Origin: Trichodesmium erythraeum IMS101
GTDB taxonomy: Bacteria; Cyanobacteriota; Cyanobacteriia; Cyanobacteriales; Microcoleaceae
Direction of reading: 5' to 3'
DNA length: 32,000 bases
Assembly (NCBI RefSeq): GCF_000014265.1
Contig: NC_008312.1
Span: 2,220,001 to 2,252,000 of the forward strand
In this document: piece after piece, positions 1-8,504 of the stretch
Layout: every line of letters starts with the position of its first letter
Numbering within the stretch: the first letter of the stretch is position 1
Notes under the pieces: model-generated
The model's database searches: none
The model's input: the letters and a program-made list of their open reading frames with translations, nothing else
Told to the model about the DNA's origin: nothing
Program-made: the position numbers and the translations under genes

Positions 1-1
1 G

Positions 2-37
2 CATAATTTTGTGGCAAATGAGATTGTTGTTCATAAC
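2..37 (+). mobile_element. C-terminal end of a DnaB intein (splicing block G, ...IVVHN followed by +1 Ser)
   Basis: nt 2-40 translate as [12 protein letters not shown]|S. The terminal His-Asn plus Ser+1 is the canonical class-1 intein C-junction. The extein then resumes as SIEQDADLV, the junction I recall for the Synechocystis DnaB intein. Confidence 0.7.
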
Positions 38-226
38 TCTATTGAACAGGATGCCGATCTAGTTATTATGCTTTATCGAGATGAGTATTATTCCCCAGAT
101 ACTCCCGACCAAGGTATTGCTGAGGTTATTATTACTAAGCATCGGAATGGTCCGACTGGTACGGTTAAGTTATTGTTTGACCCTCAGTTTACTAAGTTTA
201 GAAATTTGGCGGTTGATAAAAGATAA
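2..226 (+). CDS. dnaB: Replicative DNA helicase DnaB, 3' partial (last intein residues plus C-extein)
   Basis: Frame 2 is open from the window edge. [18 protein letters not shown]...[10 protein letters not shown]...LFDPQFTKF is the conserved C-terminal end of DnaB-type helicases. Stop TAA at 224-226. Confidence 0.85.
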   Translation, partial: HNFVANEIVVHNSIEQDADLVIMLYRDEYYSPDTPDQGIAEVIITKHRNGPTGTVKLLFDPQFTKFRNLAVDKR

Positions 227-360
227 GCTATCAGCGGTCAGCTTTAGGTTAGAGCGATCGCTCAATCCATAATATTTTCATTTTGGGAAGCTCTTTAAAT
301 GGTTGTTTTTCCCTTATTAATTTTTTTATCCATCCTGACTCAATGAACAGCCACAAATAT

Positions 361-1400
361 TTTCATTCTGTGGAGCTCCGAGAAAAACAGCGGGTCAAAA
401 TATTTTCCTCCCCATTCTCAGATTTTTTGTGATATTATTAATGTTATAGGGGGTTACTTGCCTATATGCATGACTTTTTGTTCAACAAAATAAGTTTCCA
501 GGCGATCGCCTTTTCAGTTATTAGCTATCAGCTAAAAAAAATCAAATAATTAATTGTAGGCTGGGTTGAACCAAGTGATACCCAACAGAACCATAATTTC
601 GAGTCATAGAAAAGTTGGAGATACTTAAGAGTCAAAAAAAACACTAAGATTTTCATTCTGTGGAGCTCCGAGAAAAACAGCGGGTCAAAATATTTTCCTC
701 CCCATTCTCAGATTTTTTGTGATATTATTAATGTTATAGGGGGTTACTCGCCTATATACATGACTTTTTGTTCAACAAAATAAGTTTCCAGGCGATCGCC
801 TTTTCAGTTATTAGCTATCAGCTAAAAAAAATCAAATAATTAATTGTAGGCTGGGTTGAACCAAGTGATACCCAACAGAACCATAATTTCGAGTCATAGA
901 AAAGTTGGAGATACTTAAGAGTCAAAAAAAACACCAAGATTTTCATTCTGTGGAGCTCCAAGAAAAACAGCGGGTCAAAATATTTTCCTCCCCATTCTCA
1001 GATTTTTTGTGATATTATTAATGTTATAGGGGCTTACTTGCCTATATGCATGACTTTTTGTTCAACAAAATAAGTTTCCAGGCGATCGCCTTTTCAGTTA
1101 TTAGTTATCAGCTAAAAAAAACAAATAATTGTAGGCTGGGTTGAACCAAGTGATACCCAACAGAACCATAATTTCGAGTCATAGAAAAGTTGGAGATACT
1201 TAAGAGTCAAAAAAAAACACCAAGATTTTCATTCTGTGGAGCTCCAAGAAAAACAGCGGGTCAAAATATTTTCCTCCCCATTCTCAGATTTTTTGTGATA
1301 TTATTAATGTTATAGGGGCTTACTTGCCTATATGCATGACTTTTTGTTCAACAAAATAAGTTTCCAGGCGATCGCCTTTTGAGTTATTAGTTATCAGCTT
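361..1400. repeat. Tandem array of a ~290-bp unit (3 full copies plus a ~174-bp partial), near-identical
   Basis: The string tttcattctg recurs at 361, 651, 941 and 1227 (periods 290, 290, 286). Copies differ by only a few substitutions and one 4-bp indel. Each unit carries a HIP1 palindrome AGGCGATCGCCT followed by TTTT. No ORF is conserved between copies. Confidence 0.95.
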
Positions 1401-1464
1401 TCTACTTAAATTACGAATATCTAAAGGATGAAATATGACAGAGCGATCGCTGCTTTCATACATA

Positions 1465-1540
1465 AAAAAATCGGATAATTGTAGGTTGAGTTGAAGAAAG
1501 TGAAGCCCAACAAAATTGATGAATATTTTCAGTCTTATAT
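1465..1540. repeat. Degenerate partial copy of the 290-bp unit
   Basis: aaaaaaatcggataattgtaggttgagttgaagaaagtgaagcccaacaaaattgatgaatattttcagtc aligns with the unit segment aaaaaaaatcaaataattaattgtaggctgggttgaaccaagtgatacccaacagaaccataatttcgagtc. Confidence 0.5.
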
Positions 1541-1743
1541 CTACACATTGAAAGTTAAAATATGAGAAAAGGAAAGAGTAAGATATAAAGATATAAATAG
1601 CGATCGGCTCTTCAATATTTTGATAAAGTAAGTTAAATCAAGCAATATTTTCATCCGGAGTAATTTCAGCTTTTGAACTTTAATATTTATTCTATTTTCA
1701 GATTTAGAATAATTGTTTAGTTACTAATCTTCAGCAGCTAAAT

Positions 1744-2886
1744 CTATTGAGCTTTGCTAAATTCCGAGAAATATTTATTATATTTTAAAATATTCTTCAT
1801 CTTCTTAAGAGGATTATGAACTTTGCGTTCTAAATTTTGTGCGTAAATCCACAAAATTGAGGAAACAATTAACATAATTGCCCAGATTAATAAGGTTGTT
1901 TTCCAAGGGAAAGAAAACGTTAATAACCCATAAAATAGCAACATATATCCATTTAATCTAAATATTAATCTAAATAGTTCTAACAGACTGTTGACAGCAT
2001 ATTTCCCCAGAAACATTAATAATATACCATAAACGTTTATTGAGATAATTACAAAAATAAAGAATAGCCCTAGATTATAATATTTAATTGAATAGATAAT
2101 AACTAGTGTATAAACAAAAATACTCAGTGGCCATCTTAGAATAAAGGAAAATTGCCGAACAGTTTGTCCATGATCTAAAAATAAAAGACCTCCTAAAAAT
2201 AGCAATAAAAATTTTGCAAGTAATATAAGATAAAAGACAACTAAATTCATGTTACCAATCAATTCAATAAAAAAATCAGCCACCTTAATTACCATTGATG
2301 AAATTAACATGCTTAAAATTGATATAGATAATGCGGAAAAATATGCTCCTAAAAATACACCTTTTATATCCGAAAAAATATTACGCCAGTCATAACGGGT
2401 TGGACGGCGATATTTGATAAGACTAGAGAATAAGGAAAATTGTAAATGTATATTCAAAGTTTTAAACAGAGATAACCATCGTTCTGTAGGATTAGCTAAA
2501 TCAATTACAAAATCTATAAAATCTTGTATTATTCCATCAACATCTTCTTTAATTTCATTAATATGTTCTTGTTTGATTTTTAATTCTTCTGATATTTCGC
2601 ATCTTTCAAATATTTTGTAATAGCGATCAGAAAGTTCTGTTTCCAACTTTTTTAGTTGTAAAATATGAATTTTTAGTCGTAAAATATTAATTTCGTCAAG
2701 CAAGACTATCCCACATAAAGGAATTACTATTCTTGGGTCTATCTTGCGTTGATAAATTTTTTCAGGAGTACATTTACAACAAATAATCCAAGCCACTTTA
2801 GCCATACTTTCTCTTTCCGATGGCGGAAAATGAACTGCTATCCACTCCCAATCTTTTAAATTAAATTCCTTATCAACTTTTGCCAT
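1744..2886 (-). CDS. Hypothetical membrane protein: ~130-aa soluble N-terminus with coiled coil, then multiple TM helices
   Basis: 380-aa ORF. ATG lies 20 nt downstream of the HEAT ORF stop, with GGAG about 10 nt upstream. The C-terminal ~250 aa are strongly hydrophobic (about 7-8 predicted helices by eye). No family recognised. Confidence 0.7.
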   Translation of the reverse strand: MAKVDKEFNLKDWEWIAVHFPPSERESMAKVAWIICCKCTPEKIYQRKIDPRIVIPLCGIVLLDEINILRLKIHILQLKKLETELSDRYYKIFERCEISEELKIKQEHINEIKEDVDGIIQDFIDFVIDLANPTERWLSLFKTLNIHLQFSLFSSLIKYRRPTRYDWRNIFSDIKGVFLGAYFSALSISILSMLISSMVIKVADFFIELIGNMNLVVFYLILLAKFLLLFLGGLLFLDHGQTVRQFSFILRWPLSIFVYTLVIIYSIKYYNLGLFFIFVIISINVYGILLMFLGKYAVNSLLELFRLIFRLNGYMLLFYGLLTFSFPWKTTLLIWAIMLIVSSILWIYAQNLERKVHNPLKKMKNILKYNKYFSEFSKAQ

Positions 2887-2906
2887 ATTTACTACTCCAA
2901 GAAAAC

Positions 2907-3434
2907 CTAATTATTTAAACCCCTAAATTCCGCAAGATTTAAAGCAGCTAACCTTTGAATCTTTTCATCAGAATGATCAAGTAAATCACTTAAAACTTCT
3001 CTCCCATAAGGAGTACCAATTTTCACTAAATCTCCCATTGCTATTTCCGAACCTTTCTCCGCTAAACCCTTCAATAAAGAGACTGCAATATCCCCCATAT
3101 TAATAAGAGCTTGACGAGCATCTACCAAATTAATATCCTCATAATACCTAAACAAAATATCCGCAGCTTGTGGCAAATTTGTCTTAGATAATACCTTAAC
3201 AGAAGCCCGACGAATTTCCAGATCTTCAGAATAATTCAAAGCATTTTCTAGGAACTCAAAAACAACTTTTCCCCTACCACTCGGACGAATATCAGAAGCA
3301 ACTGCTCCAAAAGCTCTAGCCAAATTTTCATCATAATTTGCTTCTCCCAATTTTTCCTTAAACTCTTCAATAATTTTCTCCGCCAACTCAGGAGAAACTT
3401 CTTGAGCATCCGCTAAACATTCAAAAGCCGTCAA
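2907..3434 (-). CDS. HEAT-repeat protein, probably the C-terminal part of the interrupted NACHT-HEAT gene
   Basis: Repeated helical motifs typical of HEAT/PBS-lyase-like repeats (LVDARQALINMGD..., LLDHSDEKIQRLAALNLAEF). Same reading frame as 3507..5219. nt 3435-3506 are open in that frame. The called start is only a TTG. Confidence 0.7.
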   Translation of the reverse strand: MTAFECLADAQEVSPELAEKIIEEFKEKLGEANYDENLARAFGAVASDIRPSGRGKVVFEFLENALNYSEDLEIRRASVKVLSKTNLPQAADILFRYYEDINLVDARQALINMGDIAVSLLKGLAEKGSEIAMGDLVKIGTPYGREVLSDLLDHSDEKIQRLAALNLAEFRGLNN

Positions 3435-3506
3435 AGAATCTTCCTGATAAATAACCCCTATTAAATTTGTACTATTTCCCGCAAACCCACACCAAAGTTT
3501 GACCGT

Positions 3507-5219
3507 TTATCGCCAACGTTTCGGGTCATTTTTAAACCTTTCTATTAACTCATTTTCTTTCTCCCTCAAAGCCGCTGCTGCAAAATATTCTTGCAAAGTT
3601 AAGTGAGCAAATTGATATTTATCCCCCCTCTCAATTTTTAACAATAATCCACTACGTTCGACAATTTCTCTTAATATTAGTTGAGTATCTTTTTCAGGAT
3701 TGAGATTCAAAGAAGGTAAAACTTTTTGAACTTGTTCCAAGACTATTTGATAGTCTAAACTTAGGTCATTTTTTTGTTGTTTACCAGCATTATCTTGAGC
3801 AAATAAAGCCAAATGTTGTAGCACTCTCCGCTTATGAGCACTCTCCTTATATTGATTAAAATTATTCTGCCATTGATTCAATAAAATATGAGTAGATTCT
3901 TGATAAAAATCTGACCGAGACTGAGGCAAAACAAAATTAACTTGAGTATAAAGATGAGCAACAATTGTCAACATTAAAGGATTTCTAGCTAACTCCATAA
4001 TTAGAGGTCTATCTCTCAAAGTTTGTATGAGTTGATTGATAGATTTATCTGGTGGCATTTGATATTTCCATGCTTCTAAAAAAAGTCGCATTTGTCTGTC
4101 ACTAAATTCTTTAAGATCCAATGTTTTTTCTACAGACTCAGCAAAATCATTGTAATAAACTGCTGCCCGACAAGTAATAATTACTCGACATTTATCGTAC
4201 TTATCTAATAAATCATTAATAGCTTGTACAATTTGATAACGAATGGAACTTTTAACTTCATCTAATCCATCCAATAACAAAAATAATTTTCCTTTTTCCA
4301 GACTTTGCTCCACAAAAGAATTAGCTTTAGGAAAATCATCCCTATCCAAAGCTTCTACTAATTTATGTTTGAAAACTTCCATGTTGAGGGCAGAAATTTC
4401 TATTTCATTGAAGCGATATAACTCTAATAAAATTGGCACATATTCATTAGAGGAACTATTTAATTTTTCCCTCGCCCAAGAGAGAACAAGATACTTTAAT
4501 AAAAGTGTTTTTCCTGCTCCAGGTTGCCCCTTAATAGTCAAACAATTATATTTTTTAATCTCAGAAAAATTAATTGGTTGATTATTAGCTTTTTCCAAGA
4601 ATTGCAAATCCACATAAATTTCTTGCAGACTCAAAGGACGATTAGGACGAAAAGGAATTTTTAGTTGTTCGTGTTTATTAATGAGACCTATTTTATAGCG
4701 TTTTATAGAGAAATTCCAAAACCATTCAAAACCAGCAATTTGATTATATAACCAGTTGCCAATAGTATTAATAAAATCAGTTATCCAACCTTGTATAGCT
4801 TCCTTAAAAATTAACACAATAAAAAGTGCTAAGGCAGCAAACCATCCCAACCCATAAAATAGATCGTCATTAATTTTTTCCCAGAGATTACTATCTTTTG
4901 CTTCCTTGAGTCTTGGGTATTCTTCCTCATAAATTTTGGTAATTTCTGGAGTAGTTAAACCTACATAATTTTGCTCATATAGTTCAATCATTAACCTACT
5001 ATCCATTGCCTTATCATTCTCAACATGACGTTCGGCATAGTCTTTAATTTCTTGAATTAAAACTGCACGGTTTTTAGTATTAGGTGTCTGAGTATAACTA
5101 GGTAATATCCAATTCCAAGACAATAGAATAGTTAATGTTAGTAAAAATAAACTAATCGAAAACAGTCGTTTAGAGGTATGTCGAAAAAGTTGAGTATAAG
5201 ATAAATTATATTTAGACAT
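3507..5219 (-). CDS. Membrane-anchored NACHT (STAND) NTPase
   Basis: Walker A GQPGAGKTLLLKYL (about nt 4505-4530), Walker B LFLLLDGLDEV. Two N-terminal TM helices flank an ~85-aa loop. Ends ...FKNDPKRWR then TAA at 3507-3509. Confidence 0.85.
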   Translation of the reverse strand: MSKYNLSYTQLFRHTSKRLFSISLFLLTLTILLSWNWILPSYTQTPNTKNRAVLIQEIKDYAERHVENDKAMDSRLMIELYEQNYVGLTTPEITKIYEEEYPRLKEAKDSNLWEKINDDLFYGLGWFAALALFIVLIFKEAIQGWITDFINTIGNWLYNQIAGFEWFWNFSIKRYKIGLINKHEQLKIPFRPNRPLSLQEIYVDLQFLEKANNQPINFSEIKKYNCLTIKGQPGAGKTLLLKYLVLSWAREKLNSSSNEYVPILLELYRFNEIEISALNMEVFKHKLVEALDRDDFPKANSFVEQSLEKGKLFLLLDGLDEVKSSIRYQIVQAINDLLDKYDKCRVIITCRAAVYYNDFAESVEKTLDLKEFSDRQMRLFLEAWKYQMPPDKSINQLIQTLRDRPLIMELARNPLMLTIVAHLYTQVNFVLPQSRSDFYQESTHILLNQWQNNFNQYKESAHKRRVLQHLALFAQDNAGKQQKNDLSLDYQIVLEQVQKVLPSLNLNPEKDTQLILREIVERSGLLLKIERGDKYQFAHLTLQEYFAAAALREKENELIERFKNDPKRWR

Positions 5220-5466
5220 ATAAAGCTAATTATTAAATAATTCAGAAGTTAAATTATTACTTTGTTGTTTTGAGAAAAATAGGTTAAAATATTTAACTGA
5301 TAAAGAATAACTGATAACTAATTCAAGGAATATTAAATCCTAGCTTAGGATAGGTTTCGGCTGTCGCCAACATAAAAAGGAAACAATATATATTCTTAAT
5401 AGTAAAAATCATGTATTGCGGGCATCTTGCCAGCATAGCGATACCTTGTCACAACGGAAAACATTG

Positions 5467-5515
5467 TAACTTTTAACTTTTAACTTTTAACTTTTAACTT
5501 TTAACTTTTAACTTT
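5467..5515. repeat. Heptanucleotide STR (AACTTTT) x7
   Basis: Seven perfect tandem heptamers, read directly. Confidence 0.95.
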
Positions 5516-5568
5516 TGAATGTATGCCGTGAAATAGTATTATTAACTTGGGAAACTCTATAGTAAAAC

Positions 5569-6135
5569 TTATTCATCTTCATCAAACACAGGTGGCCAAA
5601 GTTCAAAAATAGATAATTCCCACTCACCAAATAATTCAGGAATAGTCAAAATATCTCCATTTTTTAACTCAATTTCTTCACCATTAGAACGATAAACTAT
5701 AACTATTTCTTCATCAGGGTCTATCAATATTCCTACTTGCGCCCCTAGTTCTAAATATTTTTTTATTTTCTGTTTTAGAGATTTAATTCTATCACTTTGA
5801 GACTTAATTTCTACTACTAAATCTGGGGTTAATTCCCCAAAATAACGAACACTTTTTTTCAAACGTTGTGCACGAACAAAAGAAACATCAGGAACTTTCA
5901 AGTTAGTATCTGGAAGGATAAAAGCACCACTAGAATCAAACAAACGTCCGAGACGACGTGGGTAAACCCAACTGCCTAATAGTCTAATTAATTGAACGCC
6001 AACTTCACTAGAAATAATATCTGACGGACCCATCACTAATATTTTTCCTTCATCCAATTCTAATTGATAATCTAAACCTACTTGATTAAGAGTATCTTGC
6101 AGTATTTCTAAGTCTTTAACTGTGAGATTTGACAT
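5569..6135 (-). CDS. Uma2-family (DUF820) putative restriction-type endonuclease
   Basis: 188 aa with ELDEGKILVMGP, PDVSFV, PDLVVEIKSQSD and KIKKYLELGAQ, matching the PD-(D/E)xK layout of cyanobacterial Uma2 proteins. Confidence 0.85.
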   Translation of the reverse strand: MSNLTVKDLEILQDTLNQVGLDYQLELDEGKILVMGPSDIISSEVGVQLIRLLGSWVYPRRLGRLFDSSGAFILPDTNLKVPDVSFVRAQRLKKSVRYFGELTPDLVVEIKSQSDRIKSLKQKIKKYLELGAQVGILIDPDEEIVIVYRSNGEEIELKNGDILTIPELFGEWELSIFELWPPVFDEDE

Positions 6136-6389
6136 ATAATTTATAGGGTTAGTTAAGGATTAAAAAAATATAAAAAGGAATAGAGAATTGTTCTCTATTC
6201 CCTATTAATAATTATAATTTTGGCAAAAGAATTATCAGAGTAGACCCAAAACCTATTGAAGCTATAATTTAGAATTTAGAAAGGTTTTTTTCTACATAGT
6301 GGCATACAATAATAAGTCGTTTAAATGCACAAAAGCTTATTAATCTCAATACTCCTATCAACAGACTAAAACACTGTAACAGTATTTTT

Positions 6390-6610
6390 GAAATATGGCA
6401 TGAGAGCTTGTCAGAGGTTTAGCATTCCCGCCCTAGATGTAGTCAAGAGCTAAATAGAGACCATACTTACCCACCCCTCTAAGTTTTCTCCCGAGGAAGG
6501 ATGGGAGCAGGTAGAGTTGTGATCAACAGAGGGGGAGAATATTATCTAACCTCAGAACTACCCTCAGGACTTCCCTGACTGAAGAATCCCGCTTTGTTAC
6601 CAATGCACAA
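6390..6610. ncRNA. Candidate structured RNA or conserved non-coding element (unassigned)
   Basis: Locally GC-richer island in an AT-rich spacer, with nested complementarity: CCCCTCT 6474-6480 with AGAGGGG 6528-6534; CTCCC 6488-6492 with GGGAG 6503-6507; GTTG-tgat-CAAC 6516-6527; TCAGG-acttc-CCTGA near 6564-6578. No ORF. Confidence 0.2.
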
Positions 6611-6623
6611 AATCAAGAATATG

Positions 6624-7235
6624 TCAATTAGCAATTCTCAATAATTCTACATCAAAAATAAGAGTAGCATTAGGAGGTATGACTCCACCAGCACCACGGG
6701 AACCATACCCTAAATCCGATGGTATAATCAACTTTCGACGTCCACCAACTTTCATACTACCTACTCCTTCATCCCAACCCTTAATAACTTGACCTACCCC
6801 AACTTTAAATTGGAAAGGTTGATTGCGATCGCGAGAACTATCAAACTTAGAACCATCCTCTAAAGTTCCAGTATAGTGAACCACAACTGTCTGACCCCTT
6901 TGAGGAGTAGCACCATCTCCTTCTACCACGTCCACATACTGAAGACCAGAATCAGTAGTAGTAACTTTTTCATCATCTTGAGCCATAATATTTTCTGCCA
7001 TTGTAATTGTTGGATTTAGTATAGTACCTTCTGCCACTTGCTCCTGAATTTCAGTAGAACCTATAGTATCTGGTGTATTTTGAGAAGCAACCACATCTTT
7101 TCCCGAACCTATAATTTGAGAAATAATCAAAACCAAACCACAGACTATTGCTATTCCCAAACTAATAATAATTCCGCGCAAAATTAATCCTCCTAATTTA
7201 ACTCGCAAAAAAAACTGTAAGGGTTTGGTCTCCAA
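6624..7235 (-). CDS. FKBP-type peptidyl-prolyl cis-trans isomerase with N-terminal TM/signal anchor
   Basis: C-terminal [62 protein letters not shown]...LIFDVELL is a canonical FKBP_C domain. The start is uncertain: the called start is TTG, and the first ATG is far downstream. Confidence 0.85.
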   Translation of the reverse strand: METKPLQFFLRVKLGGLILRGIIISLGIAIVCGLVLIISQIIGSGKDVVASQNTPDTIGSTEIQEQVAEGTILNPTITMAENIMAQDDEKVTTTDSGLQYVDVVEGDGATPQRGQTVVVHYTGTLEDGSKFDSSRDRNQPFQFKVGVGQVIKGWDEGVGSMKVGGRRKLIIPSDLGYGSRGAGGVIPPNATLIFDVELLRIAN

Positions 7236-7398
7236 ATCTCGTTTCCCTAAGGTTTGGTCTCCAAACCCCTAAGATAAGATATTACAACCTATGGACAGAT
7301 TATTATATTATCAACCACAAATGCTTATAAAAAAACCTTTTTATTGTGAGCATCTTGCCCAGTACAACTGTACCTCACCCTTGATAAAATCCCCTTAT

Positions 7399-7725
7399 CT
7401 AACGCCAGTTGCGGTTTTCCAAATCTCGTATCTGACGCTCCAAACGATCCAAACGACCCCGCAGTTCGTCCAATTCCGATTGACGAGGAACTCCTAGATC
7501 CTGCATGACATTCCGCATTTGTCGCTGCATCTGAGTTTCCCAGTTTCCCTGTTCTGACTTAAGTTGCTGCATTATATCATCAACAAAAATCTTAGCTTGG
7601 TCTGGGTTGATCGTACCATCCTTAACCCATCGGTTAGTTACTTCCTGTATTTTTTCTGTCACCAGGGAAGTTGTACCAATGCCTATCATTAAAAGTTGTT
7701 GAAGTAAATTTTCAGTATTATTCAT
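7399..7725 (-). CDS. Small coiled-coil protein, phasin-like (PHA-granule-protein-like) family
   Basis: 108 aa, ATG start, helical. C-terminal ELDELRGRLDRLERQIRDLE coiled coil, as in conserved cyanobacterial phasin-family annotations. Confidence 0.6.
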   Translation of the reverse strand: MNNTENLLQQLLMIGIGTTSLVTEKIQEVTNRWVKDGTINPDQAKIFVDDIMQQLKSEQGNWETQMQRQMRNVMQDLGVPRQSELDELRGRLDRLERQIRDLENRNWR

Positions 7726-7882
7726 AATTTTTGGCCATAGTACATATTTTTAGTCAACTATATTGATTATGATTTATCCCAATACCCACTTTGTTGAGAC
7801 GTAGGACATCTCGCCTAGTTAAATTAAACTTCAAATCAAAGTAGTAATTAAACTTATAAATCTATAATTTGAGATAATCAAA

Positions 7883-8242
7883 ATGTTAAATTGTCCTCGT
7901 TGCCATCAAGCTGTTGATAGTCAGGCGATCGCTTGTCCGTATTGTCAATTTCCTCTGAAAGCTTTTGGTCATCCTGGTATTCCCCTTTATCAAGCGAAAC
8001 CAGAAGAATATTTGTGTAATAAATGCTTCTACCATATAGACGATAGTTGCAATTTTCCCCAACGTCCCTACGCTAAAGATTGTATTCTTTTCCATGACCA
8101 ATCTGAACCTCTTGTACCACATGATAATTATGATACTAATCATAATGGTAGGTTAAAAATTGTCAAATTTTGGTTTCAAAGACATCCTATTTGGTGGTTA
8201 TTGTTAACTGTAATTCTGATAAGTTTTTTACTATCTTTTTGA
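7883..8242 (+). CDS. Zinc-ribbon protein with second Cys4 module and C-terminal TM helix
   Basis: CPRC...CPYC zinc ribbon at the N-terminus, then LCNKCFYHIDDSCNFPQRPYAKDCILF, then the hydrophobic tail WWLLLTVILISFLLSF. Confidence 0.65.
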   Translation: MLNCPRCHQAVDSQAIACPYCQFPLKAFGHPGIPLYQAKPEEYLCNKCFYHIDDSCNFPQRPYAKDCILFHDQSEPLVPHDNYDTNHNGRLKIVKFWFQRHPIWWLLLTVILISFLLSF

Positions 8243-8504
8243 CTATTCCCTGGACTAAATTCATGGGAATTAGTTTGAGAATATTTTTATCCACAACACC
8301 CACTGGACTGACACATCTAACAAAAGTGTAATAAGGTTAGGTAAAGTTGAGGAAAGTAGTAAAATCCCGTCTGGGTAACCCAAAAATAATAAAGCTTTGT
8401 TAGACTGCACTTCGTTCTACAAAGACCATTATTTTTAGGTATGCCATAGCACGACAATAATAAACTTATAACTTCTAACTTCAGGTGATAACTGAGAGCT
8501 ATAT

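Noticed and set aside
81-272. 63-aa ORF overlapping the dnaB 3' end in another frame
   Set aside because: It overlaps a clearly conserved dnaB frame, and its leucine/serine-rich sequence is typical of an off-frame shadow ORF.
467-550. 27-aa ORF (MHDFLFNKISFQAIAFSVISYQLKKIK) within repeat copy 1
   Set aside because: Its ATG is mutated to ATA in copy 2 (nt 757-759) while the rest of the unit stays near-identical. The coding frame is therefore not under selection.
361-1400. CRISPR array interpretation of the tandem repeats
   Set aside because: The whole 290-bp unit is repeated. There are no short direct repeats alternating with unique spacers, and no cas genes in the window.
361-1400. Replication origin or iteron idea (array next to dnaB; each unit has GCTCCACAG resembling a DnaA box)
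   Set aside because: Only about 6 of 9 positions match TT[A/T]TCCACA, there is one site per unit, and no dnaA/dnaN context. Adjacency to dnaB has no known link to oriC.
2414-2620. 68-aa + strand ORF antisense to the membrane-protein gene. The same applies to 4243..4581, 7886..8143, 12067..12291, 27337..27636, 27899..28084 and 29138..29341.
   Set aside because: All lie inside, and mostly antisense to, longer ORFs with recognisable domains. They have low-complexity composition and no motifs.
6486-6540. SRP (4.5S/ffs) RNA assignment for the GAGGAAGGA...GGGAGCAGG hairpin
   Set aside because: The conserved GGAA tetraloop with symmetric and asymmetric loop arrangement, and the long closing helix of ffs, could not be reconstructed. 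It is kept only as an unassigned structured candidate.
7291-7497. 68-aa + strand ORF overlapping the phasin-like gene end. Also the intergenic ORFs 11024..11209, 17467..17652, 18485..18685, 20990..21190 and 21045..21242.
   Set aside because: Non-ATG or weak starts, A/T-driven low-complexity peptides, no recognisable motifs. They sit in spacers or overlap better genes.
8380-8450. Imperfect inverted repeat AAAAATAAT..CTTTGT / ACAAAG..ATTATTTTT between the convergent zinc-ribbon and nblS genes, as a bidirectional terminator
   Set aside because: The arms are interrupted and almost entirely A/T, with an 18-nt loop. That is too weak to call from sequence alone.
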